From Eledone cirrhosa (taxonomy: Eukaryota), in NCBI GenBank assembly GCA_964016885.1, contig OZ024751.1, positions 41,912,001 through 41,976,000 of the forward strand: a stretch of 64,000 nt of DNA. The letters run 5' to 3'. Shown piece after piece: positions 14,511 to 28,195 of the stretch (position 1 is its first letter; each line of letters opens with the position of its first letter). Under the pieces are notes generated by a model, which did not search any database, had not been told where the DNA came from, and saw only the letters and a program-made list of their open reading frames with translations. The position numbers were made by a program, and so were the translations under genes.

Positions 14511-14578
14511 TTTTATCTGATGAAAACACAAATATTATTGCATGATGATGTTTGTTTTTGAAATGCGCATAATAAAAT
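14511..14578 (+). ncRNA. Type I hammerhead ribozyme with long stem II
   Basis: UUUUAU-CUGAUGA-(long hairpin)-GAAA-UGCGCA-UA-AUAAAA. Confidence 0.75.
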
Positions 14579-14607
14579 ACATGGAACTCCTTTAACCATC
14601 TTTTGAT

Positions 14608-14649
<42 letters not shown>

Positions 14650-14998
14650 TTTTAAGTGTGTAGCGGCAGTATGTGTGATAACCTATCTAGTTATGGTGTA
14701 TAATAAATATCTCACAATTATACGATTTTGTGAAGCACTTCTTTTAACACAGACAGTCTTCGTCGACACAAATGTTAAAATATTTCACGGCGGACATTTT
14801 TGCTTGTGAGGCCATAACGAGATATGCCTTAGGGCGATATAATTATTTCCATTATACATGGGTTACAAACCTACTTAGAGGAGGAGAGTGAGAGTGAGGA
14901 ATAGAGAGGAGGGGGTGAGAGAGAAATAAAGAGAGAGGGAGATAATGGAAGATACACAGAGAGAGAAAGATAGAGAAACACAGTTATATATGTGTATA

Positions 14999-15129
14999 GA
15001 AGAAGAAGAAGAAGAAGAAGAAGAAGAAGAAGAAGAAGAAGAAGAAGAAGAAGAAGAAGAAGAAGAAGAAGAAGAAGAAGAAGAAGAAGAAGAAGAAGAA
15101 GAAGAAGAAGAAGAAGAAGAAGAAGAAGA
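14999..15129. repeat. (GAA)n microsatellite
   Basis: Pure GAA run; another lies at 34451-34524. Confidence 0.95.
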
Positions 15130-15175
15130 AATACAGAGATAGACAGACAGATATATATATCTGTCTCTCTCGCAT

Positions 15176-15281
<106 letters not shown>

Positions 15282-15822
15282 CAGATATATATATATCTGT
15301 CTGTCTATCTCTGTATTTCTCTGTATCTCTCTCTCTCTCTATGCATATATATATAGAGAGAGAGAGAGAGACAGACAGATAGATAGACAGAGTGAGGAAG
15401 AGAGAGGAGGAGAAGGGGGTGAGAGGATAATGTCGAAGTTCCATATATTGCCGTTAGGTATTGGCAACAGTAATTTCAACTTGATAACAGAATGGACCGA
15501 TGTTGAAGAGCCAATTATAGATATATATATGTATATATATATATAAATGGAAAAGAATGAAACGAAATTTCATTTCTCACTCTTAGTACGGCTGATACTT
15601 AAATGTAAGTATGTATGTATACGTACATACATATATGTATACAGACGTACAGTAGCATGTATATATATACATACAGGCACACATATATATATGCACGTAT
15701 CAGTTTACCGAACATTTATTATAATGCTCGGTTTGTTCGTTTGTAAACAAACAAACAGCCTGAATTACGCCGTACAGTGTTTAGGCAACCACGTCACCTT
15801 TTTGTTCAACACTGACACAGGA

Positions 15823-15865
15823 ACGATGTACTAGTTTCAAGCTTATTAGCTATCGTCAGCACCGT
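15823..15865 (-). ncRNA. Type I minimal hammerhead ribozyme
   Basis: ACGGUG-CUGACGA-U-AGCU-AAUA-AGCU-U-GAAA-CUAG-UA-CAUCGU on the minus strand. Confidence 0.8.
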
Positions 15866-16244
15866 ATACCTTTCTGCCAGATGGTTGAACGTCCGAAAGT
15901 ATATACTTTCCTTATGAAAATTAACGGCTGAGCAGCCTAATTTGCATATCGAGTGAGTTCAGTCGGCCAGGCGCACCGAAAACGATAAATGGAATAGAAT
16001 GAAACGAAATTTCATTTCTCACTCTTAGTACGGCTGATACTTAAATGTAAGTATGTATGTATACGTACATACATATATGTATACAGACGTACAGTAGTAT
16101 GTATATATATACATGCACACATATATATATATGTACGTATGGGTTTACTGAACATCTATTATAATGTTCGGTTTGTTTGTTTGTAAACAAACAGCCCGAA
16201 TTACGCCGTACAGTGTTCAGGAAACCATCGTCGCTGACACAGGA

Positions 16245-16287
16245 ACGATGTACTAGTTTCAAGCTTATTAGCTATCATCAGCATCGT
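16245..16287 (-). ncRNA. Type I minimal hammerhead ribozyme
   Basis: ACGAUG-CUGAUGA-UAGCUAAUAAGCUU-GAAA-CUAG-UA-CAUCGU; perfect 6-bp stem I. Confidence 0.85.
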
Positions 16288-16372
16288 AAACTTTCCTGCT
16301 AGATGATTGAACGTCTGAAAGTATATACTTTCCTTATGCATATTAACGGCTGAGCATACTTATATATATCCT

Positions 16373-16514
<142 letters not shown>

Positions 16515-16704
16515 TATGTGTATCAGAATTGAGTCCAGAATTAGCCGTCGAAACGGCTTGAGCTCTTCCGTCGGGGTCATACTTGTCCCTATTACCCACT
16601 CTACTACCCTAAGTATTGAGTACTTTGGTGCGTTATGGTCCATCTGGCTCCTTACCACATTTCCTTCGTTATATATATATATATATGTATATATCTACAC
16701 AAAC

Positions 16705-16739
<35 letters not shown>

Positions 16740-16751
16740 TATATAATATAT

Positions 16752-16819
<68 letters not shown>

Positions 16820-17029
16820 TATGTAGATATGTAGATATGTAGGTACGTGTATGTAGGTATGTATGTATGTATGTATATATATATGTATGTATATGTGTGT
16901 TTATGCGCACACATGTGTGAGTTTCTGTATATGTGTGTACGTGTGTGTAGGTGTGTTGATGTGTGATGTGTGTATTTATGTGTGTAAGGATATGTATGTA
17001 TGATTGTGAATATATGAATGTATATGCAT

Positions 17030-18155
17030 CTCTATGTGTGTGTGTCTGTGTGTCTGTTTGTGTGTGTGTATGTGTGTGTGTGTCTGTTTGTGTGTGTCTG
17101 TTTGTGTGTGTGTGTGTATATATGTGTGTGTCTGTTTGTGTGTGTATGTGGGTGTGGGTGTGTATGTGTGTGTATGTTTGTGTGTGTGTATATATGTGTG
17201 TGTCTGTTTGTGTGTGTGTATGTGTGTGTGTGTCTGTTTGTGTGTGTGTATGTGTCTGTTTGTGTGTGCGTATGTGTGTGTGTGTCTGTTTGTGTGTGTG
17301 TATGTGTGTGTGTGTCTGTTTGTGTGTGTGTATGTGTGTGTGTGTCTGTTTGTGTGTGTGTATGTGTATGTGTGTGTGTCTGTTTGTGTGGGTGTATGTG
17401 TGTGTGTGTCTGTTTGTGTGTGTGTGGGTGTATGTGTCTGTTTGTGTGTGTGTATGTGTGTGTGTGTGTCTATTTGTGTGTGTGTATGAATGTGTGTGTG
17501 TGTCTCTTTGTGTGTGTGTATGTGTGTGTGTATCTGTTTGTGTGTGTGTCTGTGTGTCTGTGTGTCTGTGTGTAAGTTTTTTGTGTGTATATGTGTGTGT
17601 GTCTGTTTGTCTGTGTGTATATGTGTGTGTGTCTGTTTGTGTGTGTGTGTGTGTTTGTGTGTGTGTATGTGTGTGTGTCTGTTTGTGTGTGTGTATGAGT
17701 GTGTGTGTGTCTGTTTGTGTGTGTGTATGTATGTGTGTCTGTTTGTGTGTGTGCATGTGTGTGTGTGTGTCTGTTTGTGTGTGTGTGTAAGTTTTTTGTG
17801 TGTATATGTGTGTGCGTCTGTTTGTGTGTGTGTATGTGTGTGTGTGTCTGCTTATGTGTGTGTATGTGTATGTGTGTGTGTCTGTTTGTGTGTGTGCATG
17901 TGTGTGTGTCTGTTTGTGTGTGTGTATGAATATGTGTGTGTGTATGTTTGTGTGTGTGTATGTATGTGTGTCTCTTTGTGTGTGTATCTGTTTGTGTGTG
18001 TGTGTGTGTGTGTGTCTGTGTGTAAGTTTTTTGTGTGTATATGTGTGTGTGTCTGTTTGTGTGTGTGTATGTGTGTGTGTGTCTGTTTGTGTGTGTATGT
18101 GTATGTGTGTATGTGTGGGTGGGTGTGTATGTGGGTGGGTGGGGGTGTGTGTGTG
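17030..18155. repeat. Complex (GT)-derived minisatellite
   Basis: gtctgtttgtgtgtgtgtatgtgt variants. Confidence 0.9.
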
Positions 18156-18164
18156 CGTTTGATG

Positions 18165-19110
18165 TCGAGTGCCGCATGGCTGCAATGAAAATCAATGCTG
18201 CGAAGACGGGGACTCTGGTCCTCTCAAGAAAACCTGTGCAGTACACTCTCCATGTGAATGGAGTTTCACTGAAGCAGGTGGAGAAGTTCAAGTATCTCAA
18301 GGACGTGTTCACAAGTAATGGAAGGCAGGAGGCTAGATTAAGTGCAATAATGCAGGAGCTGATGCAGTAATGCACCAGCTACAGCATTCAGTCATCAGAA
18401 GAAGGGAGGTAGGTGTAAAAGCCAAACTCCCTCTCTTCAATTCGATATTCGTGCCAACCCTTACCTCTCGTCATGAATGTTGGGTAATGACCGAAAGAAG
18501 TTCTGAGTTCAAATCCCGAGTGCCACCGGAACTTTACCTCATCAAACCCGTAGGGATGTAAGGCAAATCCAACCTCAGCGAGACCCGAACACAAGATGCA
18601 AAGGGACCGCAAAGGGTTTTTTTTTAGTAACGTTACTCGATGGAGTGCATAGCTCGGAGATGAGAGAGTCACTCCAGGTTGAGCCGCTACTCCTCCCAAT
18701 TGAGAGATCACAGCTCCGATATTACGGCATGTGGTTAGAATGTGTCAGGAAAGAATCCTTGGACAAATTTTACGGGCAATACTAAGCGGGGGGAAACCTA
18801 GTGGCAGGGCTGCCTTAACAGCATTTTAGGCCCCCGGGCAGAGCAGAGCACTGGGGCCCCTACCTGCAGAACCACTCACAGGAATAAAAATACAAATGGG
18901 CCTCCTATCCTCGTGGGGCCCACGGGCAACTGCCCAGCGTGCCCATGCGTTAAGACGGTCCTGCCCAGGGGTAGACCCCGAGTAATATATTTGGATAACA
19001 TCCATGAGCTCGGCTGGTCTCGCTTGGGATCCAGCCGGATCAGTTGGAAACGGTTGCTTCTGACACAACCCGCTGGAAGAAGTGTTTGAGGACTCTGCCT
19101 CCATAATCCC
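18165..19110 (+). mobile_element. RTE-type LINE 3' fragment with nested MITE
   Basis: MKINAAKT..QVEKFKYL, L.Y(G)HV.R and RGRP motifs; degenerate. A short related piece lies at about 720-805. Confidence 0.75.
18805..18963. mobile_element. hAT-like MITE
   Basis: TIRs cagggctgccttaac / gttaagacggtcctg; degenerate 8-bp TSD cctagtgg / cccagggg. Confidence 0.65.
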
Positions 19111-19179
19111 CTCAGAAATAATAGTGAAGTATATTCATTCAGCAAGCTGGTTAAAGCAGAACGGCCAAGTGTATATATG

Positions 19180-19229
<50 letters not shown>

Positions 19230-19286
19230 CCTGGACCAATAAGGTCTGCTTTCTTGGGTATGTCAACATTTATAAAACAAATTTTG

Positions 19287-19347
19287 TATTTTATCTGATG
19301 AGAGCGTACCAAAATTTTGGTACCCTTGAAATATATATAATAAAATA
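19287..19347 (+). ncRNA. Type I hammerhead ribozyme
   Basis: UAUUUUAU-CUGAUGA-GAG-C-GUACCAA-AAU-UUUGGUAC-C-CUU-GAAA-UAUAUA-UA-AUAAAAUA; 8-bp stem I. Confidence 0.8.
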
Positions 19348-19476
19348 AATATGGTTTTATAAATATAGTTTCCATCTATTAATATCATTGATATTATACT
19401 CCAGAAACCTTGTTGAGTGCTTCGAATCTGTTATAAATAAATTTGTTGAATAACTAACAAATTAAATATCTCTTTG

Positions 19477-19513
<37 letters not shown>

Positions 19514-19688
19514 TTAAGGATACTATTATACATCGATATATACATATGTTTCTATATGTCTCTTGTGTTGGAAAGGAGGTCATGTATGTAAACAATCATT
19601 GAAAAATTGCTCCGAAGACTCCAAACCTCGGTTTGGACGAAACAATTGTAAGCTAATAAATGGTTTGAACAGAACTTTGATTCATGTG

Positions 19689-19792
<104 letters not shown>

Positions 19793-21559
19793 GCATACAT
19801 ACATACAACTCAAAATATACACATCCACACATACAATAACATCCATATCTACACATGCATGCATACATACATATCTACCTAGTTGATGTTGTGTAAATTC
19901 CATGAGAGTGTCTTTTACAACCTTGCCACCAGGAAGGTGGCCGGTCAAAAAAAATATACACGAAATTAAGAGAAAGAGATAACATACATACATACATAGT
20001 CACGTGCGTGTTTGTGTAACTGTGTATCTCTCTTTATATGTCTGTGCCTGTATGACTGTGTATGGCCGACCCTCTGTCTGTGTATGTATGTGTGTGTGTA
20101 TGTATTTGTGTGTGTGTATGTGTGTGTATGTATGTGTATATGTGTGTGTGTGTATGTGTGTGTATGTATGTGTGTATGTGCGTGTATGTGTATGTGTGTA
20201 TGTATGTGTATGTATGTGCGTGTGTGTCTATATACACTTTATTACATTTATTGTGTCTGTATACACTTTATATACATTTATTTATACAACCACTACGGCA
20301 CCTTAAAACTTTTGTTTAAATGCATCGTTTTTACCACCCTTCAGGTGGTTTTTCTGCTAGCATGTGTAGTGTGTATATTGATATTATACGCAGGTATATA
20401 TACATGTAGATATGATACATCAAATAAAATCGTAATTGACAATATAAACAGAAATTGAATGAAGACTGCGTTACACTGTCTTATGTAATCAGTAACGTAA
20501 TCCATGATACATTAAAAAAAGACGATATTATATATAAACTGCATTAGGAGAAAATTAGTGACGGAAATATATGAATGTTTATTTAAGCGATCGTTAACCG
20601 GAAGTGTTGACATTTGAAAATTTTAAAGAAGTGAATCTTTAAATAAGCAATAAAATATATTTAATAAAATGCTACGAAATTTAGCAGATAAATTATGTAA
20701 TATTCATTCATTATTTATTCAAAGTAATCCAACTTATTTTACAAACGGGCTAAAAAATTATATTCTGCGTGTAGTCCCGCACTCCTTTCTTTATTATAGT
20801 TTAGATTCTCCACATAAAAACGACTCCACATATAAAACAACTCTAGATAGAAACAACTCTACCATATTATATTATATGTCCGTCTTTTCTTTCCTTCGAC
20901 AAAACACAACCTATTTACGTTTCTCTTTATACCAAAGACTTATCAGTTCTATTTTCACGTGAATTTTCAAATAGAATAGAATTTGTCTTACGTACACGTA
21001 ATTATTGAAACAGTAATTACTAACATTTTCTCTTATATGGTCAATATTTACTCAGCAGGACTAAATGTCGATGTAAACATACAACTTTAATCCTAACAGA
21101 ATCAATAACGCAGGGAATTATTAGCGTATGATATCGATTTCATTTTTTTAAATGTTTTAACACAATGAACATGGGGGGGGGGATTATGGTGGGGGGGGGG
21201 GTTACAATGGAAATGTTCTATTGAAATTAGAGGTCGCAGCTGAACGATTTGCTGAAATATCAATTTCTCAAAAGGAATGATCGATTTGTACACCATCGTC
21301 ATTGGTATTTTGTGATCAAGGTTCGATCCCACTGATCAAACTATAGTACAAAGTGTAGTGTAAGGTAAATCAGTGATTTTCAACGTGGACCTAAAGAGTT
21401 TGTTTTTTTTCAAATGGGCCCGGAGTTGACCCAAGGAAAATAGGTGGACTTCGAAATTCTATTTTTCCCCTCTCTGCTGTAAAATTATGAAAATACAAAC
21501 AGCTTTACTTTATTTTTAAAGGCAAATAATTCAGAAATTATTTAAATAAAATTTTCAAT

Positions 21560-21995
21560 GTTTTCTTATAATAAATTATCCAAGTACCCTGGGCAATGTA
21601 GTTTCAGAATATATATGATTATGGGGGTCTATCTCCAAAACCATAGGAGGAGTTCGTGAAATCTTGTTCCATTTATTGGCCAAAATTTTCACTATTAGAG
21701 TGTCTTAATATTATTAATATTATTAAAATTTGCTGAAATTTTGTGAATAGGCATCATATCTTGTCATTTATCTATGGTTTAAATTTCATACAAATCGAAG
21801 GGAAAAAGTTTTCAGCGAGGGTTTTCAGCAGGGGTTTGTGCACCCGGGGAACCCTATGATTAAAATGAAATATACTTATCCAAGTACCCTGGGCAGTGTA
21901 GTTTCAGAATATATATGGTTATGGGGGTCTATCTCCAAAACCATAGGAGGAGTTCGTGAACAAACAAACAGACAGGAATACAACTTTATATAGAT
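21560..21995 (+). mobile_element. Non-autonomous repeat shared with 34740-35210 (possibly Helentron/HINE-like)
   Basis: Shared aaatttgctgaaattttgtgaataggcatcatatc block and caaacaaacagacag..ttta end; internal ~85-bp direct duplication (21577 / 21877). The class assignment is inference. Confidence 0.45.
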
Positions 21996-22667
21996 GTTCA
22001 AACTGATTTGAAACATTTTTTTTTTGTTGTTGTTTTATGCCATGGTTAATCAAATTTAGAAGAAAAATTTTTTTTTAAATATAAATTAAGAAACCTGCTA
22101 AGCATATTAAGAAATAAAATAATAAATTAAAACAATACAATAACCATGTTAGGAAATATAACTAACAAGCTGTAGAGGAAGGACCGGCACCAGTACTAGA
22201 CTGGTACTTTCTTTATCGACCGACCTCGAATGGATGAAAGGTAAAGATGACCTCGGCAGGGTTTGAACTCGGAGACAAGAAGGTCGCAACGAATGTCGTA
22301 GAACATTCTATCCGACATTCTAACGACTCTACCAATTCTCTGTCTATAGGATTAATATTAGAACCGCAATAAACGCGAATACGTGTGGGGTTTAATGTCC
22401 ATTGTTGTATTATTGGAGTTAGTCTTAATTAAATTCTGTTATAATTGATTAAGGATTAACCAGATGCCAGAGAAAGGTGATCCCAGTCCGATTTTATTGT
22501 TCGATCTTAATTCCAAGATTATCAATAATATCTAGAATGGAACAGATAGGTTTATTATGATAGAAAATCAATCAATTTCTGAATACGTTAACCGCTAATT
22601 CGTGTGTGCGAGTTTTCGATCTAAACTAATAAACCACTCACTGGTTTCTTTGCTAGTTCTTCACATC

Positions 22668-22806
22668 AACAACAACACCACCACCACCAACACTACCACC
22701 ACAACCACCACCAACACCACCAACACCACCACCACCACCAACACCACCAACACCACCACCACCACCAACACCACCACCACCACCAACACCACCACCACAA
22801 CCACCA
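22668..22806. repeat. (ACC/AAC)n microsatellite
   Basis: Direct observation. Confidence 0.9.
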
Positions 22807-24221
22807 TTGTGTTCTCCAAATGTTTCGATTTCCTCTGCTGCCGTGTGCTAACTGAGAGGAAAGTAGTTCACAACACAATGTCCGTATAGAGCTAGTAAGA
22901 TATGACAGGCTGGATGTGGGGCTACCTAGTAGCATTTACAATTAAAAAACGGAAACAAGAGAGAAACAGAGAAAAACAAGGGCAATTATAAAGCATGAGT
23001 TTCTTTTGTTGAATTCTTTCATAGCCTTCATGTTCTGAAAAATCATCTTTATATTTGGTAGATCTTTGACCCGTGGGGCGCAGAGCCCATCACCCTTCCT
23101 CCTCCTTTTCTTCTGTAGCCCAAGAATCCTTGTTTTTTCGCTCATTTTCCTCTCATTTATGGCATTTATAGTCATTTCCTCTACTTTCCCATACACCAGA
23201 TCTGGTACTTTATTTATCGACCCCGTAAAGATGAAAGGCAAAGCTAACCTCGGCGAGATTTGAACTTAGAACATAAAGGACCGTAATTATTTGCCGCAAA
23301 GCATGTTGTCCGATGCTCTACTGATACTGCCTTAAAATTAGTGAGACTCCCTCCTTAGTGTATGTCTTGACTATGATTGAACCCAAGACCAGGATCTCCA
23401 CCGTCTTTAATACTAACCACAAGGCCACCGAAACGGCTACTGAACGGAGAAATAATACGAACCATTTTGAAACAAGTTAATGATTATATGGCTAACAAGA
23501 AGGGACAGGTCGTTTTGACTTGAAGTGAAATATAATCCACTTGAAATCACCATGCAACGCTTGTTACTAATTGTTGAAATGTAACGTTTTCATCGAACAC
23601 TGCAATCTCATTCCTCCTAGTCCCTACACTATTAAAATAAAACCTTTAATCCTTTTATCTACATTGAACGGAAACAATGAAGCAGTAGGCCAAAAGGTTT
23701 TATAGGTAGTTTTGGATAATTTGAACGGTTTAAAAAACGCAGTGAATTGTACAGTGTTAAACTATAAAATTAATTTACGAGTACTGATTAAGAAAGAGTC
23801 AAAATTTTAGCCTTCTCAGAAGTCTAACTCTAGTCCGGAAGCTCATCGGGAGGATGGTTATTCCGGATTCCGTGGCGTTAAGCGACTGAAGGTACACGAC
23901 TCCCATCTGGACAAGATGCCAGTCCATCGCATTTATCAGAAGGCAGAATCAGCAAACATTACTTGATCTGGAATGGTTAAAGAAATCCCTTTTTTTTAAG
24001 ATTGATTCAAGAACTATTTCTGTCCATCAATAAAAGGATATTGTGAACAAAATAATTTCACCTTTAAAGTTCTGTAGTTTTGAAATAAACCTCCTGTGAT
24101 AAATGACTTTTCAAATGAGTGATGTAAAAATCGTGTTTTTTTCTTTGGGGTTATTGTAATCACTTTTAACAATCCAAGACACTATGAGTGATAACAATCA
24201 CTTTTTAGCAAGTAATCATTA

Positions 24222-24422
24222 TACGAGGGTCGGCTGAAAAGTTCATAGGCTCACCAAGATACTCTCATGGTATGACCAAATGAGGTTTATTTTTCAACAT
24301 AATCCTTGGAAAGAAACAATGTAGTTATTAATAAGAAGAGTTGAAATTAATGAAAGCAAGATTTCATAACTCTAGCATCACTCCTTCATAGTCAGCCTAT
24401 GAACTCTTCAACCCACCCTATA
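24222..24422. mobile_element. Tc1/mariner-like MITE (second copy 26602-26778)
   Basis: TIRs cgagggtcggctgaaaagttcatagg / cctatgaactcttcaacccacc with TA flanks. Confidence 0.65.
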
Positions 24423-26328
24423 GCTCTGCAAATATTTTTATTAACAATCCAAGACATGAAAGATAATTCAATTTTATTCGTTAACTTCTGGAATAAATTC
24501 AACATAAAAATTACAACTGAAAATATTCAAGAGTCGTAGAGGTGCATGGCATGAAGCAACGAGTGAGTTATAATGAGAAAAATGTTACTTGCTTTCACAA
24601 ATAATTTTGTCAGATTCAACCTACAAATTACCAGGACATTTGCTGATATTTACGTTATTGGACATGAATTAATCCTTGATTAAATAGACTTGACAAATGA
24701 ACAGGAGTTGTTGAACTCGTATTATTAAGAGTTGAGCGATAATAGTCTCCTTAACATCAATCAAGCGCTCAGAATAGCAAAATCAACTTGCGACAATTTC
24801 AGAAAATGTTTCACACTAATATAGAGATGAAGCAACTACTTAGGGACTTTGATCTAGGCATACAAGCCCGCTGAGATAAAAGTAGGGGATATTAGTAGAG
24901 AGTCTAAAGAAACAGAAATGTTACAAGTAAATTAGAGATCGGAATATAAAACGGAAAACGAAGTAAAATAGCGGGGTAAAAAAACGGAAAACGGAATATT
25001 GTAAGAGACAGAGAGAGAAATATTTGGGGATAGGGAGAGAAGCTAAAGGAAAAGTTGTTTATAGAAGTCATAGCTATAGGTGATTGAACTCATAAATTGG
25101 CAAATCCTAAATAATTAGACACTTTCAGTATCTCAGGAAGAACGATTTTGTTGACATTTCTTACGGTTGTTGCGTTCTTCAAGAAAACATTAACTTTATT
25201 CGTTACCGTATTTCTAATAAAATATACTCTGCCTTTCCTAACTGTTTCAATTACTTTTCAATTACTTTTGAAAATAGCCAAATATTGCAGGGTAATATTT
25301 TATTTTACAAAGCTGTTTATACAAAAACAAAACACACATTTAAAGAGGACAAAAAAAAAGGAAATCAAAAGAAGAAAAAGAACTGGTGCCAAGCAGTATT
25401 CATAGGCCGACTATATATGCTCACTCCACTTTTTCCTTCACTGCTCCGTATACACACATACACACCCTCATATTAACATACTTTTGCTCATAGCTTCGTA
25501 CTTACATGCACACACACTCTTTTACTCACATATACACACACATTTCTTCTTAGCTTCGTACAGACGTATAATAACACACACACACACATGCTTACGCACG
25601 TGCACAATTATAGCTCTTTTTACAAAACGTCTTGTTTTTTTCTATTTCAGATAGACGTGCTCTATCCACTTTTTTAAAAAATAAATCATACACAAAACGC
25701 CAGTAGCAACAGTTTTGCAAGAGATGTCAACATGAATGGGCCTGTTATTTTTATATAAAGACATTTTTTCCAATTCCAACCCGCCCGTCCCCTCAATCTA
25801 TCTTATTTCGCATTCTTTCTTCTAATGAAGGACTAGCGTCCGAAACGTTAAGACCCTCTTCCTGCTATATCAAGCGTTAACCTAATATATCCCTTCCATA
25901 TACTGTACCGATTGTGTTGTTATTTCTGTTTACCTTTTACATATATATATATCGACAGTCGATCAACTTTTCGTCAAATCGGACCGAGGAAACAATGCTT
26001 CCATTCGTCTTTCCAAGTCGGACACCAAGCATAGAGTTACGGCCCATGCCATTCTGAGTTCAAATCCCGCCGATGTTAACTTTGCCTTTCATCCTTACGG
26101 GGTCGATAAAATAAAGTACCAGTAATACACTGGGATAATTGCTGGCCTTGTGCCAAAGGTAGAAACAATATTATCTATGGGTCGCAACTCCAGGTAGAAG
26201 GAGCAATGTGAAATAAAGTGACTTGCTCAAGGACATAACGCATCACCCAGTCCGAGAATTGAGCTCACAACTTCACGATTGCGAATCCAATTCTCTAACC
26301 ACTCAGCCACGCGCCTTCACACACACAC

Positions 26329-26379
<51 letters not shown>

Positions 26380-26463
26380 AAAGGTAAACAGAAATAACAA
26401 CACAATCGGTACAGAATATGGAAGGGATATATTAGGTTAACACTTAATATAACAGGAAGAGGG

Positions 26464-26499
26464 TCTTAACGTTTCGGACGCTAGACCTTCATCAGAAGA
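26464..26499 (-). ncRNA. Minimal type I hammerhead ribozyme
   Basis: UCUU-CUGAUGA-AGGUCUAGCGUCC-GAAA-CG-UU-AAGA. An inverted copy with a mutated core (CUAAUGA) lies at 25818-25853 and a relative at 59098-59125. Confidence 0.65.
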
Positions 26500-26791
26500 A
26501 AGAATGAGAAATAAGATAGATTGAGGGGACGGACGGGTTGGAATTGGAAAAAATGTCTTTAGATAAAAATAACAGGTCCATTCATGTTGACATATATATA
26601 TACACGAGGGTCGGCTGAAAAGTTCATGGGCTGACCAAAATGAGGTTTATTTTTCAACATAGTCCCCGAAAAGAAACAATACAGTTATTAATAAGGGTTG
26701 AAACTAATGCATGTAGGATTTCGCAGCTCTAGCATTACTCCTTCATTGTTAGCCTATGAACTTTTCGGCCCAGCCTCATATGCACATCTGC

Positions 26792-26854
<63 letters not shown>

Positions 26855-27240
26855 GTTGTGTGTTTGTGTTTTTGTTTGTGTGCATGTCTGTGGGTGTGTG
26901 TGTGTTTGTGTGTTTGTGTTTTTGTTGGTGTGTATGTCTGTGGGTGTGTGTGTGTTTGTGTGTTTGTGTTTTTGTTTGTGTGTATGTCTGTGGGTGTGTG
27001 TGTGTTTGTGTGTTTGTGTTTTTGTTTGTGTGTATGTCTGTGGGTGTGTGTGTGTTTGTGTGTTTGTGTTTTTGTTGGTGTGTATGCCTGTGGGTGTGTG
27101 TGTGTTTGTGTGTTTGTGTTTTTGTTTGTGTGTATGTCTGTGGGTGTGTGTGTGTTTGTGTGTTTGTGTTTTTGTTGGTGTGTATGTCTGTGGGTGTGTG
27201 TGTGTTTGTGTGTTTGTGTTTTTGTTGGTGTGTATCTGTG
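26855..27240. repeat. 50-bp minisatellite just downstream of the gene A stop codon
   Basis: The unit recurs at 26881, 26931 ... 27181. Confidence 0.9.
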
Positions 27241-27281
27241 TGTGTCTGTTTGTGTGTCTGTCTGTGTGTGTGTGTGTATGT

Positions 27282-27634
27282 TCACTCCTCACACACGTTC
27301 GGGATTTTAGGTATTTCATATTTGACCAAGAAGTACTCCAATTCGCAAAACAGAAGAGCCACCAAAAGACTGAACAAGACAGTGACTAGACCTACGTTAA
27401 AGAACTTCATACGAGTATACATGGTTTGTAGTTCTCTCGTGCTCGTTCGTTCGTCTTCTTCTTCTTCCGCCTCCTGCTTCTGTTTTTGTCCCTTCGGGTG
27501 GACCGCCGCCCGGTTTCTATAGCAACCGAAGAACGCACGGCACGCATTTTTCGTCTTGTAGCGAACAATTGACATTATGATTGCACTCAATACAGACACT
27601 GCTGTCACCACCAGCGAAAAGACAAGGATGGTAA
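27282..27634 (-). CDS. Gene A exon 6 (M3, short cytoplasmic loop, M4, stop)
   Basis: ttccttcacag| acceptor in phase 1; hydrophobic M3 and M4; ends ...PNVCEE-TGA. The six exons total 1260 nt, i.e. 419 aa with no internal stop. Confidence 0.92.
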
Positions 27635-27665
27635 CTGTGAAGGAAAAATAGAAAAGAAATATACC

Positions 27666-27764
<99 letters not shown>

Positions 27765-28195
27765 CAAAATCACTAGACGTATCTGAGGAACTTGCGAATC
27801 TAGAGTCAGGTTCGATCCACAAACAGATCGCACCTCAAGCTGTTCACCGGAGAAACAATTGTAATACGTAATAAATTGTGTTCCGATGCATCACTGATTC
27901 TTCGTTTTCCATATTATGTATATATATATGTCAAGTTCTGGATTTGATTCTTCCTCTATATCTCTTTTCTATCTCCTTTCCCTCACTCTCTATCTTTCTC
28001 TGGGAGGACTCTGCTGTACTCAGACCTGGAGAGGAAATTAGCTCCACCAGATTTTTTTTAAATACCGTATGTCAATATGGCGCCCCTACGACTCTCTCAA
28101 AAGTTATGGGTCCATACATACCATATATACAATGTGGAGTGCAGTGTAGTGTAGTGAAGGTTTAATAAATATATATGTAATTTTCTGCTACTTAC

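Larger units (their letters stand above)
15545..16360 (-). mobile_element. Tandem dimer (~420-445 bp units) of a hammerhead-carrying non-coding element
   Basis: Units start at about 15545 and 15988 (aaatgga..gaatgaaacgaaatttc). The dimer is flanked by (TA)n and has one hammerhead per unit. Confidence 0.8.
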
